Shown: positions 1 through 12,104 of the stretch, piece after piece
How the letters are laid out: the number at the start of each line of letters is the position of its first letter
Numbering within the stretch: position 1 is the stretch's first letter
Source: Ginglymostoma cirratum
Taxonomy: Eukaryota
Length of the DNA: 64,000 nt
Direction: 5' to 3'
NCBI GenBank assembly: GCA_024137785.1
Contig: JAHRHZ010000041.1
Span: 15,168,385-15,232,384 of the forward strand
Notes under the pieces: model-generated
The model's database searches: none
What the model was told of the DNA's origin: nothing
Seen by the model: only the letters and a program-made list of their open reading frames with translations
Position numbers and translations under genes: made by a program

Positions 1-124
1 GATGAAGGGTCTAGGCCCGAAACGTCAAGTTTTCCTGCTCCTATGATGCTGCTTGATCTGCTGTGTTCATCCAGCCCCGTGCTTGTTATCTCGGATCCTC
101 CAGCATCTGCAGTACCTTTTATCT
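1..124 (+). mobile_element. Neptune-type PLE terminal segment with minimal hammerhead motif (truncated by window edge)
   Basis: GATGA-A-GGGT-ctag-GCCC-GAAACGTC followed by the same ~95-nt tail as 40653-40745, 16185-16312 and 39351-39480; ends in CCTTTTATCT. Confidence 0.85.
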
Positions 125-324
125 GATACTATTTTGCACCAGTTGCATTTTATGGATCATTTACAACTAGAACCTTTTAAGCATCTTTTCAAACATTTAT
201 AAAATCAAACCCAAGAGATCAAAGCTCAAGTTTCAGTGCTGCACATACATGTTTCAGTTACCATTTCTTAGAAGTATTAAACATTGGATCAAAGGGCCAT
301 CAGCCTTCAGTACCTGCACTCAAC

Positions 325-445
325 TCCCTGCCACGCTGCACTGATAACACCACTGCATGTCAAAAAGTACTTCACTGGCTGTAAGGCATTTGGAGACATC
401 TGAAGGTTGTGAAAAGCGTTATATAAATGCAAGTCACTCTCTTTA
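325..445 (+). mobile_element. 3' tail of Deu-domain SINE (SacSINE1-like) or its L2-type partner
   Basis: caaaaagtacttcactggctgtaaggcatttggagacatctgaagg...atataaatgcaagtc resembles the recalled SacSINE1/L2 tail. Confidence 0.6.
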
Positions 446-1025
446 TTACTCCTACTCAACTCTATTCACTGATGACGCAGTGAGACCATTTTATATTCAA
501 AAACGGGTTTAAAGTCTAGGTGAAGACTGTCTGCCAGTATACGTTATAATGTGTTGAATAGTGTACTAAGTACAGATCATTAAACATCATTGCCAAGACC
601 GAAGACAAGTATTCTGCTCAGGCTTTCATTGCTTTTCAGGAACTTTGAAAATGTAATTACAACTACCACCATCCTCCACCCCCAGTGTATCTCAGTACAG
701 GCAGCAGAAAAAAATGAAGTACTGAGAAATTCAGTTTAATTCCTAGCTATTTACATATACACTGCATGAATACATACCAGCAAAATGTTTTGTCACCAGT
801 TACACAGTTCACATAGCAAACCTAAGAATTAAGTAGGAACACCAGCACTGAAGTGACGAGTGAGCAAAAGGACACAGAGTTGGCAAAGACGGTAGCGCAG
901 TGGGTAATGCCAGCAGACTAAACAAAAAACCAATGGTCAAGGTTAAGGTTCCGAGGACACGTATTACTGTTCCACCACAGCAGCTATTGAATTTCCAATT
1001 CAATTAATAAATCTGTAATATAAAG

Positions 1026-1560
1026 TTTGAGGGGTTGTTGACTTGCTCATTGAGCTGGCTTGTTTTCATTCAGACGTTTCGTCACCATGCTAGGTTACAT
1101 CATCAGTGAAGCCTCCGATGAAGCGATATTATTCTACTCCACTTGGAATTTATACCGTCTGGTCCATTATGGTGAAGAGTGTCATTCCCGGTTTTGTTCT
1201 ATGGGGCTTCCAATTCTATACCTTTGTTGATTGCTTTATGGGTTGAGAACCATGCCTCTAGGAATTCCCATGAACGTCTATGTTTGGCTTGGGCTACTAT
1301 AGATATGCCGTCCAAGTTAAACTGATGGCCTTCATTGTCTGAGTGTACTGATATTAAGGAGTCTGTTGTGCTGTTTTGCTGCTCGCTGAAGTTCATGTAT
1401 TCGGATAGCTTCCTTCCTGTCTGTCCGATTAAATGTTTGTGGCAGTTGCTGCATGGTATTTTGTAAACTACGTCAGTTCTGCACGTTGTGGGAATGGGGT
1501 CTTTAATCCTTGAGTGTTAGTCGTACAGCGGCTGTGGGCTTGTGTGCCATGATTCCTAGT
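1026..1560 (-). mobile_element. Poseidon-type Penelope-like element, decayed GIY-YIG endonuclease C-terminus plus pLTR
   Basis: Minus-strand translation with frameshifts: IKDPIPTTCRTDVVYKIPCSNCHKHLIGQTGRKL...GHQFNLD...AQAKHRRSWEFLEAW; HHR motif at 1073-1106. Confidence 0.88.
1070..1109 (-). ncRNA. Minimal type I hammerhead ribozyme motif (PLE-associated)
   Basis: Reverse complement reads tca-CTGATGA-t-GTaACC tagcat GGTGAC-GAAAC-GTC-tga. Confidence 0.75.
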
Positions 1561-1565
1561 GATCC

Positions 1566-1920
1566 TGAAGGCCATCAGTTTAATTGGGCCAACGTAACCA
1601 TAGTAGCCCAAGCCAAACATAGACATGCATGGGAATTCGTAGAGGCATGGTTCTCAACCCATAATGCAATCAAACAAACATATAGAATTGGACACCATAT
1701 ACAAACCCATACGGAACAAAACCGGAAATGACACTACTCACCATAACGGACCGGACAGTATAAATTCCAAGCGGATTAGAACAACTTCGCCTCATCAGAA
1801 GTCTCACTGACGATGTCACCTAGCATGGTGAAGAAACGTCTGAACGAAAACAAGCCAGCTCGGTGAGCAAGTCAACAACCTCACCCACAAACCGAGCTAC
1901 AAACCTTTGCTAAAACTTTA
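1566..1920 (+). mobile_element. Inverted (head-to-head) duplicate of the same PLE 3' region/pLTR
   Basis: Reverse-complement copy of about 1026-1335 (EGHQFNWANVTIVAQAKHRHAWEFVEAWFSTHNAI); HHR at 1807-1840; whole unit flanked by aatataaag (1017-1025) and aatacaaag (1921-1929). Confidence 0.88.
1804..1843 (+). ncRNA. Minimal type I hammerhead ribozyme motif (PLE-associated)
   Basis: tca-CTGACGA-t-GTCACC tagcat GGTGAa-GAAAC-GTC-tga: core boxes, stem II, palindromic ACGT stem III, 3-bp stem I. Confidence 0.75.
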
Positions 1921-2334
1921 AATACAAAGCGTGTCCCAGTAATGGTAACCGTGACAACTATCATAGATTTGTACAATAATCAACCTCGTTCACTAATATC
2001 CTTTCTGGGGAAGGAAATCTGCCATCCTTACCCAGTCTGGTCTACATGTGACTCCAGTCCCACAGCAATGCCTCGTGGCTACCCTTTGAAACAGCTTGGC
2101 AAGCCACTCAGTTCACAGGCAGTTAGGGATGGTCAACAAATACAGGCCACATCCTACAGGAGAATAAATTCAAAACCTTGGACACAGAATAGAGGGGCAG
2201 GAAGTTCGAGTGGAGTGTAAACTCTGGTCTCCCTTCTTACTGCCCTCCCTTCAGTTTTTGTTTATAACATCTACTCTCGTCACCAGCGGAGCAAGCTTTT
2301 CGCGGCCAATTTAAGGCAGGTGAAAGTTTTTTTT

Positions 2335-2690
2335 CTAATTCATTCACAGGATAAGGTGTCACTGGCAAGGCCAGCATTTATCACTCAGCCCTAACTGTCC
2401 AGAGGGCAGTTCAGAGTCAACCACATTGCTGTGGGTCTGGAGTCACATGTAGGCCAGACCAGGTAAGGGCAGCAGTTTCCTTCCCTAAAGGGCCTTAGTG
2501 AACCAGATGGGATCACCCCCACCCCTGCCACAATCAGCAATGGATTCATGGTCATCATTAGATTCTTAATTCCAGATACTTATTGAATTCAAATTTCCCC
2601 ATCTGCTGTGGCGGGATTCAAACTCTGGTCTCCAGAACATTACCCGAGTCTCTGCGCTAACACTCCAGCGATAATACCGCTAGGCCACAA
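2335..2690 (-). mobile_element. tRNA-derived SINE family A, near full length
   Basis: Reverse-complement match to 20850-21205 including tRNA-like head and ...gtgaatgaat tail. Confidence 0.85.
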
Positions 2691-5117
2691 CATTGCAAAA
2701 AGGGGGCAGGATACAATCAACTGATGCACATCACCTCCCCTCCAATCTGTGAAACCAGTTGCACAAACAGGGCAATCCCACACTCCTGTATATGATGCTT
2801 TAGAAATGCATTCACCCCGGAGCAGAGATGATGTATAATTTTTAAACCCTGTGATCCTTTATCAGTTGACAACAGTAGGTTTGCTCATTAGGACTATTAC
2901 TCCCAGAATGCAATTTTTCTTTAGGGCATCTTATCTTGCCAACTCAAAGTGTTGTTAGAAGATCTTCCAAAGGCTATACACCCTACTCAGTGAAAAATAG
3001 AATCAATTGCATCTCAGCAACATTAACTTGAATATGATGTTTGTGGATTAAGAGGCCTTTTACTTACCTACTGGCTTCTGCCAGTTCCTGATGGAAAGTC
3101 TAATGACAAAGCCCATTTGCTCTCCTATGCTTCAGTATACATAACTGACAGACTGTGAAGGAAAATTGTGCAGTGAACTCAAGATGTGCAGAATGTAGAG
3201 TTCACTAATTGACACTGGGGAATCATAAAAAAAAAAAAACTTTAAAAGCTGACAATGTCAAAACAAATGTCTTCACAGCATGAGCTCTGTGACAAAAAAG
3301 ATCCTCTAAGCACGGCTGGCCTGGGTTTTGCTACCACGCAACTTTCAAGGTGGAATACACTGTAAGAAGCACTTCAATTCAACAGATTTGAAATTCTTCA
3401 TTGTTTTTTTCCCGTTAGCAGTCTCTTTTCAGTAAATAGGTCTAACATGGATTGAATGCTGCATTTTCTTGATAAGGTTCCAGCAATTGGAAGCACCTTC
3501 TCCTGAAACAAGGAATTACCCATTTTTTAATTTGATTTTTTAAGTTGAAAATGTAGCTGGAACACAGTCTTGTCAATAAATCTCCAGTAGCACTCCCTCA
3601 AAGTTCATGCATTATTAACCCAAGACTGTACAGATCTTCATTACCATTCATTTTGTTTACCATTTTCTACATTCAGATTTCCTGGGGCTGTTTAGTGAAT
3701 GACAAAACAGGCGAACATCACATTTGGCATTAGCTGTTTGCCGAACATACTGACATGTGCTATTAAAAGGATTCCAGATAAATTATATTAATCAAGATAT
3801 GCACGGCTCCTATGAAGAAGTCAGAATTAAAATTCTGGTACTGCTACCCAGCATTACCTTAGATCAATATGTTCTTTCAGATCTAAGTGGTTCCTGGCAT
3901 TTGAATCTAGTGATTTTGTTTATCTGCAAAATTGTAAAATCCATTTGGCATTTTCACTGATCGGTCATTAAAATGAGGCTGCAAAAGTTGCAGCTGGAGT
4001 AACTCAATGCGATTTTAGCACTTCTTGTTCTCTATGCTCAGACTTGTCTTTAGCACACAGTAATGCAATGTAATGAAAGCAACTGAACAAAACAGGAGTT
4101 TGGTGTGTGTGCGCGTGTCTTGTCCTCAATCTATATAGAACACTCTAATCAATATCCAATTAAGCAATTTAGAAAATTACTTCATGCAAATGTTGACAAA
4201 TAAACATGCATTCTTCATTACTGGGTATCTGGCAGAATCCCTAGCACAGAGGAAATGCTGAATTAGGATGCAGCAAGAGTATGTGAAACACCAGTTTAGC
4301 TTGCTTGTGTCATTGCATCTACTGATGTACTGGGAACCAAGGAAAAGTGTGAAAATTGTACGACTCCAGCACCAAGTATGTTGGTCCAAATCCTTCCAAG
4401 TTTGAAGGATTCCATGCTACGTAACGATTGTAAGATTTTTGCCTGAACCCTTCAACTTGAATGTAACTTGGTTTGCAACTTGCTGGAAAGGAGAGCTGAG
4501 CATTGTCTAGTAACAGACGAAAGGTGACATATGAAAACAGTAAGCAGCAAGAGCCCATCTCCTTAACCAAGAACGGTTGAGCAACAGAGAAGGGAGGTGC
4601 ATTTGAGTAACATAGGGTAAGGAAAGAAAAAGAGGGAAAGAACAATTGCTTTAGATATTTAAAGTGCACTTAATTGCCTCCCTCCCAACCTCTATTAATT
4701 GAGCCGAGATTTAGCATTGCAAATCCTAAAAAATATTGAAGTTATCTAATACTTAAAATTGAACTAAAATGTGCACGATTACATTTGAAAGTCTTTGTCA
4801 AAGTTGGTCAATATGTCTAAAAATGTTATACTTAACCTTACTTATCCTTTATTGGCTAATCAGAAAAATATCACCTCTTGCACAGCATTCTAGTTTTAAA
4901 CTCATCCAAGTCCCAATGCATCTGTCAGTTTGAAGCAGCAGCCTGGGTGAATCACTGTCACCATCATTTGCCTTGACACTAAATCCATTTTCAATCTTCC
5001 ACAATCCTACTTTAAAACTCTGCTCTTTCCTCACTAAGCAAAATGAACGCCACGGTTTAATGAAGATTTTGCTTCAAGGAGGACTCCACTTGATCAAAAG
5101 GAGGTATTGACTTGATC

Positions 5118-5435
5118 ACAGAAGCCCTACAGTGTGGAGGCAGGTCATTCGGCCCATTCAGTCTACACCTAGCCTCAGAAGAGCATCCCACCCAGACCTA
5201 CCCCCTCCTTCCCTATCTCTGTAACCCTGCAGTTCCTGCGGCTAATTCGCATCGCTGATTAGCATAGTTAATCCAAAGGTGCGCAGGTTGCATGTAGTAT
5301 GGGAGGAAAGTGGAGCACCCAGGGAAAATCCGCACACACAAAAGGTGCGAACTCCACACAGACAGTTACCAGAGGGTGGAATGAAGGGTGGCTCCCTACT
5401 GCCGTGAGACTGTAGTGCTAACTACTGAAGCACTG
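5118..5435 (-). mobile_element. HE1/V-SINE, decayed
   Basis: actccacacagacagttacc...ggtggaatgaa...gtgagactgtagtgctaact; collinear with 63465-63795. Confidence 0.75.
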
Positions 5436-6635
5436 GTCCATCCTTTATTGATCGTACAGGGCAGATACACAACTGTAAAAGAGGACTGATCTGGATCGGT
5501 CCCCCCAATTTCATGGTCACTGTTGACAGAACCTCTCTCTCAACACATGTTCCCAATCCACGGAGTGCTTTATATGCAGCACACTTACAGCACATCAAAC
5601 AGTTGTCATTATTCTTGAGTGAACTGCTTGTAAATGTCCAAGTCATTTTTGTAAAGAATAAAGAGTTGAGTTGTCAGTTTGGCTGTAACCAAAAGAGTAG
5701 TGGATCATGGAAATGAGCATGCATTCCCTGGGATGAGTTGCGCATAGACATAATTGTAAACTATTTTGTTGTGTGGGGTGAGAAAAGAGAAGGAATTTCA
5801 GCAAACAGAACTTTCAAGAAATGGAAAAGAAATGAATGGCATTCAAAAGAAAGAATGCACTGGGGGAAAAAAAAAATCAGCTAACTCTTTTCAGAATAAA
5901 ACAATGAACTCTAAAATGAAAAACTCGAGACCTTAATAGCAAGAAAGGCTTTGACTTATTTTTAGTTTCTTTGCTTTATTTTAGTCAGTTAGGTCCCACC
6001 AGATCTTTTCCAAACATTTAAGCCCTTTCTGTTTTCACTTTCTGGGCGAAACGACATTAGTGTTCAATTAACAGCCTCACCAATTTCACATTGCTGAACC
6101 AATCCGGTCTTTGCCCTGAACTGAGTCACATGGCTTTTCAACTCCATTGCAAATTGTTTAGGTACCTAGCGCTCTTGGAAGTCTACCATCAGACCTCACT
6201 CACGTCTTATTTCTTTCTGAGCCAAACTGCAGCTGAAGATTTGACTCTGCTTCAAAATCGACTCAATATTCATTATACAATTTCAAAAGACATGTTTTCA
6301 AGGTGCATTCATGACTCTGGATTCTGGCATACTTTCCATTGCTCATGGCATTTTTGGTTTCATTGGACATAAACTAGCTATATCTTGGACAACCGACGAG
6401 TGCAAGATTATCTGCTGACAATCTAAATATTCTGGATCAAAATCTCTGAAGAGAAAACCTGTGGGTAACTCACTCTCTCTTCATAAACTGAAGAGGCAGA
6501 AAGCAACTACTATCTACAACTTTGCAACATTCAGACTATTCCCACATTTTACCCATTACTTTAAAGCTGGATTGTTTCTTGCTGATCACTGCTTCAAGTA
6601 GTCTTCTTGCTTCATCAATACAGTCCTCTTACATG

Positions 6636-6730
6636 TTCTGAGGAAGAGTCACTCAACCTGAAATGTTAACGATTTCTGTCCACAGGTACTGCCAGACCTG
6701 CTGAGCTTTTCCAGCAATTTCTGCTTTTGT
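6636..6730 (+). mobile_element. Short PLE-terminus element with decayed HHR
   Basis: ttCTGAGGAagagtcactcaacctGAAATGTT...gccagacctgctgagcttttccagc; ctcttaca on both flanks. Confidence 0.7.
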
Positions 6731-9659
6731 CTCTTACACATGCTTGAGCTCTGTCATCAGTATCTTAAAAGTTGGGAAATTACTTTTAAAAAAGAAAGTG
6801 CCTTTGGTGATCAGGGAAGATCAGATATGAGGTTGTAGATGACAATCTGATGAGGATAGAAGTCAGTGTATATTTATGCCTCCTTGTGCATATGTCCAAT
6901 CTTCATGTGGAATTATCATTTCAGTAAGCATTAGATAGTGTCAATAGCATATTTTGCACTGACTGTCTCATTTGTGTACAAAGCTTCCTGCATTGGTAAA
7001 ACTGCATTAGCTCATTAAGCAACCCTTGGGTTTTAGATGTCAACAAGGAGGGAAATAGTTTGATTTTTATTACTGACAGTCAAGTGCAATTAATTGTGTT
7101 TAATTTGTTTTATTCAACTCAAACAGGACCCCAAGCCAGGAATCTTCAAAACCAGAAACTTGTGTCCCCCAAACTCTACATTTCTTGGAGCAAGAAGAAC
7201 ATAAATTCAAGCAATGAAATCCTGTTTCCCTAGGTGACAATGATGTCCAAGAACAACATATATGCATTGAGTAAGATACAAATTGGCTGTATTTAACCCA
7301 CTAATAACTCAACCTTTATGAGGCAATAGGTCCGATCTTGCACGAAAACGAATATCATGTCAACGACACACAACCTTATTAATGTTCAAATTAGCCAGAA
7401 AATTCTAGGGATAAAGACAGGGCAGGAGATGTGAATCTCTGGAATACGCTGGTTAATTTACACCTTTGCTTTACATAAAAAGGACAACCTATCTTTAGCA
7501 TACCAGGTATTTAAAAAAAAAATCTGCATTGGCATATTAATTGCCCATTGCATTTTCTGCAGAAACAATACAGCGCAGGTAATGTGTGAACAGAATGCTC
7601 ATGCAATTTCAAATTAACCAATCTATCCCAGAAAGGAAACAATTTTGACAGAGCAATTCTTTCTGCCTCTTTCCTGCCTACAAAAAAAAAGTCGGGATTT
7701 AACAAAAAGTCAAATTTCATCTATTTCTAAAACTTTTTTGACCTCTCTCTTTTTCCGTATTTCAACCCTCAAATCTCACTGTTGAGCAGGAGTGCTGTTG
7801 GTCCCAATATTCACTCGGAACGTCCTGCTTCCATTGCCTTGCTGTTGTCCATTCACACCTCCAGCAGGTTATGGTATGAAAATCCTCCAACTGGATGGCA
7901 CATAGAAACTAACACTGCTTGCCATGAGATGCCTCACACTTCCAGGATCAACCACAGTAATGCAAACTAAATGCAACAAAAAGAAACTTCTGCCTAGTCT
8001 GCCATACTGCGATGAAGGCATTTTGAAATCAATTATTCCAAGGTTAAAGAGACAGTCACATCCCAAATGAATCACTAAAGATGCATTTCAGCAGAATAGA
8101 CTGAATCACACACATGAGGCATGGCAACATTGGAAAGCTTTACGATGCTCTAAGAGGATCAGCAGTTCAATACAGAACACCTCGGCATAAAACACATGGA
8201 TAAATCTGTCCCTCTGTATATTTTGAGTCTTTAGAGTTTGATGCACACATGGAGCAGATTTTAGGTAACTGTTAGATTCTACCGGGTTGTGCTTCTCCTG
8301 ATCAATGCCACAGTAGATTGATTATGGGACATGAAGGAGTTGTATCAATGTTTCATGCAAGTCCTGCATCATTGCAAATAAAAAAAAAAAATTGTTTCCT
8401 GCCTGTATTCCAGTTAGATATTTTTCCCTTGGATAACTAAAAAAAAAATCTTGCTTTGGTAAATAGGAGTCCAAATAAAAACTCAATTTAAAATGTGTGC
8501 TGCAAAAAAAGAAGCTCATCCATGACAATGTTGTGAATTATGGATCTTTTAAAGAATGGACAAGGACGTGCTTCAGAGAACCAAGAGAGAAGCTGATGAT
8601 CACTGGGTCATATATTTAAGTGGTAGCTTTCTTCAGTGATGGGAGTTGGTCATGAAGAGGAGACTAGAGACTGGAGTGTGTACTGAATGCCAAAAACGTA
8701 AATAAACATGACCTCTGGTTCAGTAAACCGATAACCAGTAATTAAATAATACTGACTACTGCTGGACAGTCTGAGCTGCAGAGCAGAAATTTAGCAATGT
8801 GGAGATCTACAAGTTCAAAAGGATTAAGTCCTAAAAGCACTGCATGAGATGATGGTTCTGAAGGGGTTGACAATCTTGTTACATTAGTTCCACCTAATCT
8901 ACTGATGTTACACAGTGTGTAGGTCGAGATGAATTCTACTCTTTCGGAAGAACAGATGCATCGATACAACTCCCTAGAGTCCAAGTACTTATGCCTTACC
9001 AGCTGTACTTGCACCTTCTACCGTCAAATACTAAAATTTTTTTTGTTATCTAAGAATTGTGCCTCTTCTGTAGATATTCTACAGTGGTGCATTTTCTTGC
9101 CACTCACCATAGGATGGGCCTGAGGGAGCCAGGACAGCATACCGGTAGAGGTGGCAAATACCACAAGATGCCAGGAGTTCCCAGTATCTGGGAGAATATC
9201 AAAAAATGCTGCAAAGTTTGAGCTATGTGGAAACTCAGAAGTATTATGAAAGTTGCGACAGAATCTCTCTCCAACAGCACATCATCCAATCCCAAACAGG
9301 ACAACAATACATCAAGAGAACTCTTCACCTGTGTGACAATAATCCACTGTTACAGACCATGTGATGCTTGTCACATTAACAAGATAATAACCACTCAGTG
9401 GATTATTAATTCTGCAGTTTCGTTTAAGACAGCATGGTAAATTACAAAACCGCTAATTCCAACAGCTCACCTTGCTGGACAAGCAGACAAACTGCCTGCC
9501 TAGCAGAGTCACAACATTATATACACGCAGCTCATTAAGTCCTTAAAGGCAAGGTGCACATACAATTATCGAGAATGGCCAATATCACCCACTGCTCCCA
9601 AACTGCATGTTTTCCATAATATGTGAAGCTGCCTAATGCTGCACAGAAAGTAGAATTAA

Positions 9660-9895
9660 AGGAACAGTCTCAGGGTAAGGAGATGGCCATTTTTGACTGG
9701 GCTGAGGAGAAAGATCTTCACTCAGGAGGGATGTGAATCTTGAGAATTCTCCACCCAAAACTTTGTCATTGAATATATTCAAAAGTGGAATTATTTTTGT
9801 ACTAAAGGAATTGAGTGCTATAGGGATTAAGTGGGCATGATCTTATAAAATGGCAAAGCTCAAAGCTTTGTACAGCCTACTCCTGTTCCTTATGT
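9660..9895 (+). mobile_element. CR1-type LINE 3' fragment
   Basis: gaggagaaagatcttcactcaggagggatgtgaatcttgagaattct...cctactcctgttccttatgtt, typical CR1 3' end. Confidence 0.7.
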
Positions 9896-10069
9896 TGTGT
9901 GATGTATCATTTCCTGCAGAACTGAATGATTAAGTGGTAAGTCAACGATGTAGCAAAAAAAAAAAAAAAATCCAAGGATTCCAAATTCACCAACACCTGG
10001 CAGCATTGCTTGGAGTGCTACAAATAGGGCTAACATTCTTGGATTGAAGAACAAATACAACCTGCCATT

Positions 10070-10362
10070 GCCCCTTCTCAAAGCTCAGATCAATGTGTTT
10101 CTCTGGTTCTGTGCATCCCCAGTTGCGATTATTCCACCACTGACAACTGTGTTTTCAGCTGCGTAGGCACTTGGATCTGGAATTCACTCTGCAAATGTAT
10201 CCATGCCCCTCTCCTTCTTTAAGGCATCCAGAAAACAGCTTCTTCTACAAAGCATCCATCCTCAACCCTATTAAAGTGCCTCTGTCAAATTTTGTTCTAT
10301 AATACTGAAGTGCCCCAGGATGCTTTACTGTGCTCAAGGCTCAACATAAACATATGCTGTTC
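10070..10362 (+). mobile_element. L2-type LINE 3' fragment, decayed
   Basis: ttcagctgcgtaggcacttggatctggaattcactct...tcttctttaaggca...tgaagtgccccaggatgctttac resembles an L2 3' UTR. Confidence 0.5.
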
Positions 10363-10640
10363 TTGTGAGAACTAACCAGATATGCCTCACCTGCAGTTTT
10401 CTAGACTGGACATTGTGCCCAGTGTTTCTTTAAATTAGTCTGAGATGTGACAATTCTGAATGGCTGCAACTGTGGGTGAACAACCTGTCACCACCCATCA
10501 CTGTAAACATCTTTCAGGTATTGACGGGAACGAGCAGACGTGAAACTGTACTCCGTGAAGGAGTCAATACTTTTAGAAGAGGGGGACAGAAACTCGGGTT
10601 GGAAAAAAAAAATACAAAAAACCAAGCGTAAACGGAGGCA

Positions 10641-10835
10641 TGATGTGGAGATGCCAGTGTTGGACTTGGGTGGTCAAAGTCCGAAGTCACACAACACCAG
10701 ATTATAGTCCAACAGGTTTATTTGGAATCACAAGCTTTCTGAGCACTGCCCCTTCACCTGACAAAGGGGCAACACTCAAAGCTCGTGATTTCAAATAAAC
10801 CTGTTGGACTATAATCTGTTGTCCGACTTCTGACC
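10641..10835. mobile_element. Fold-back (palindromic) PLE-terminus element, third family, with decayed HHR
   Basis: Perfect 27-bp inverted repeat 10698-10724 / 10792-10818; centre cac-CTGACAA-aggggc..actc-AAAG-CTC-gtg; its outer end also occurs alone at about 54570-54605. Confidence 0.75.
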
Positions 10836-11619
10836 CTAACCGAGGCAAGCATTCTCCCCCGTGTTCACATGAAAACGTAGACATATTAGGATTAATTTTG
10901 TTAAAGCTAAATTTTGTTAAAGCTAAAAACTGAAACAGTTCAGAATTTTGATGCTGTGTATTCCAAAATGCATCAACCACACTATTGCACATCATACCGC
11001 ACCCCCTGCCTGCCCAACGAATGAAAGCATTATCAAATCCCTTCGTACTCCATGCTTCCCTACTCTGCAAGAGTCACCCACCAGTCACACGGAAGTAGAT
11101 TATTGCACAGGAACCAATCAGACTTAAACACTGCATAAACAAGAAAGCACACAAGACCATATTTGCATTTCATTTGTTAAAGAAAAAAATTGCCAGTGCA
11201 CTACAGAAGGCAGGCAGTGATTTCTAGGGCTGTCACAGAATTCAGCAATTAATCTGTGGCTGCTTCATGAACATCAGCAGAAATTAGATACTGAATTAAA
11301 ACTCAATGCACCAGGCAGATATTTCCTTCACATTGCTGCCTCTCAGAGCTAAATATTCCTCCCTTCTGAAGGCATGGATTTCTTGCTGTTGTGTTGTTCC
11401 AGGTCATTCCTCAGCATTTCGTGTAGGTGACTATCTGTGTACTGAACGTCTTACTATTTGCTTTCAGCAAGGCCAGCAAGTGTCATACAGAGATTTTGTG
11501 TGTGACACTTAAAAAAAAAAATCATTGTCTCTCTATTCTAAGGGCATTAAAGTTTCTGTAGTACTTCTATTTATGCCGTGGTGGAGATAAACTGACCGAA
11601 CTAGTGAGCCATATAAAAT

Positions 11620-11750
11620 AAAGCGAAGAACTCTGAATGCTGGGGATCTGAAACAAAAACACAAACTGGAGAAATTCAGTAGGTCTGGTGGCATCTGTGG
11701 GGAAATAGCTGAGTTAATGTTTCGAGTCTAACGGCATTTCTGTTGAACTG
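11620..11750 (-). mobile_element. Short PLE-terminus element, decayed
   Basis: ctggagaaattcagtaggtctggtggcatctgtgg...gttaatgtttcgagtc is the reverse complement of the family tail and GAAAC box. Confidence 0.65.
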
Positions 11751-12104
11751 GTTTCCATCGTTATCTTATGGGGATAATGTGATATAACTGGAAGGGCAAG
11801 CTGATAACTGCGTAGAACCTGACCCTTGTGTGGTAGGCGGTTTGGAACAAAAAACTTTTGCTACACCAATGAATAGTCAGGAAAAAAAAGTCTATACAAT
11901 ACGTTATGAAAACCCCTCATTTTATTTACCCAAGATACAACACCTTATTCAAAAACACAGACTTCAGAGAAACTTATGCATGAACTCTTCAAATAATGAC
12001 TATAGCTATAAATAAAGAAGTGATAGCTTGGCTGTTGTCCATACTAGAGTTAGATGCCAAGTGCATCACACATCAATGATTTTCTAGCCATTCAAAAAGG
12101 GTCA

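Larger units (their letters stand above)
935..2170 (+). mobile_element. tRNA-derived SINE (family A), split by the PLE at 1026-1920
   Basis: 5' part (935-1025) and 3' part (1930-2170; aaggaaatctgccatccttaccc...ctacatgtgactccag...agggatgg) are collinear with intact copies at 20850-21205 and 30377-30720. Confidence 0.75.

Noticed and set aside
4870-5035. Minus-strand open frame between ttttgcttag and gag|gtgata
   Set aside because: Weak donor, no recognisable protein and no in-phase neighbouring exon.
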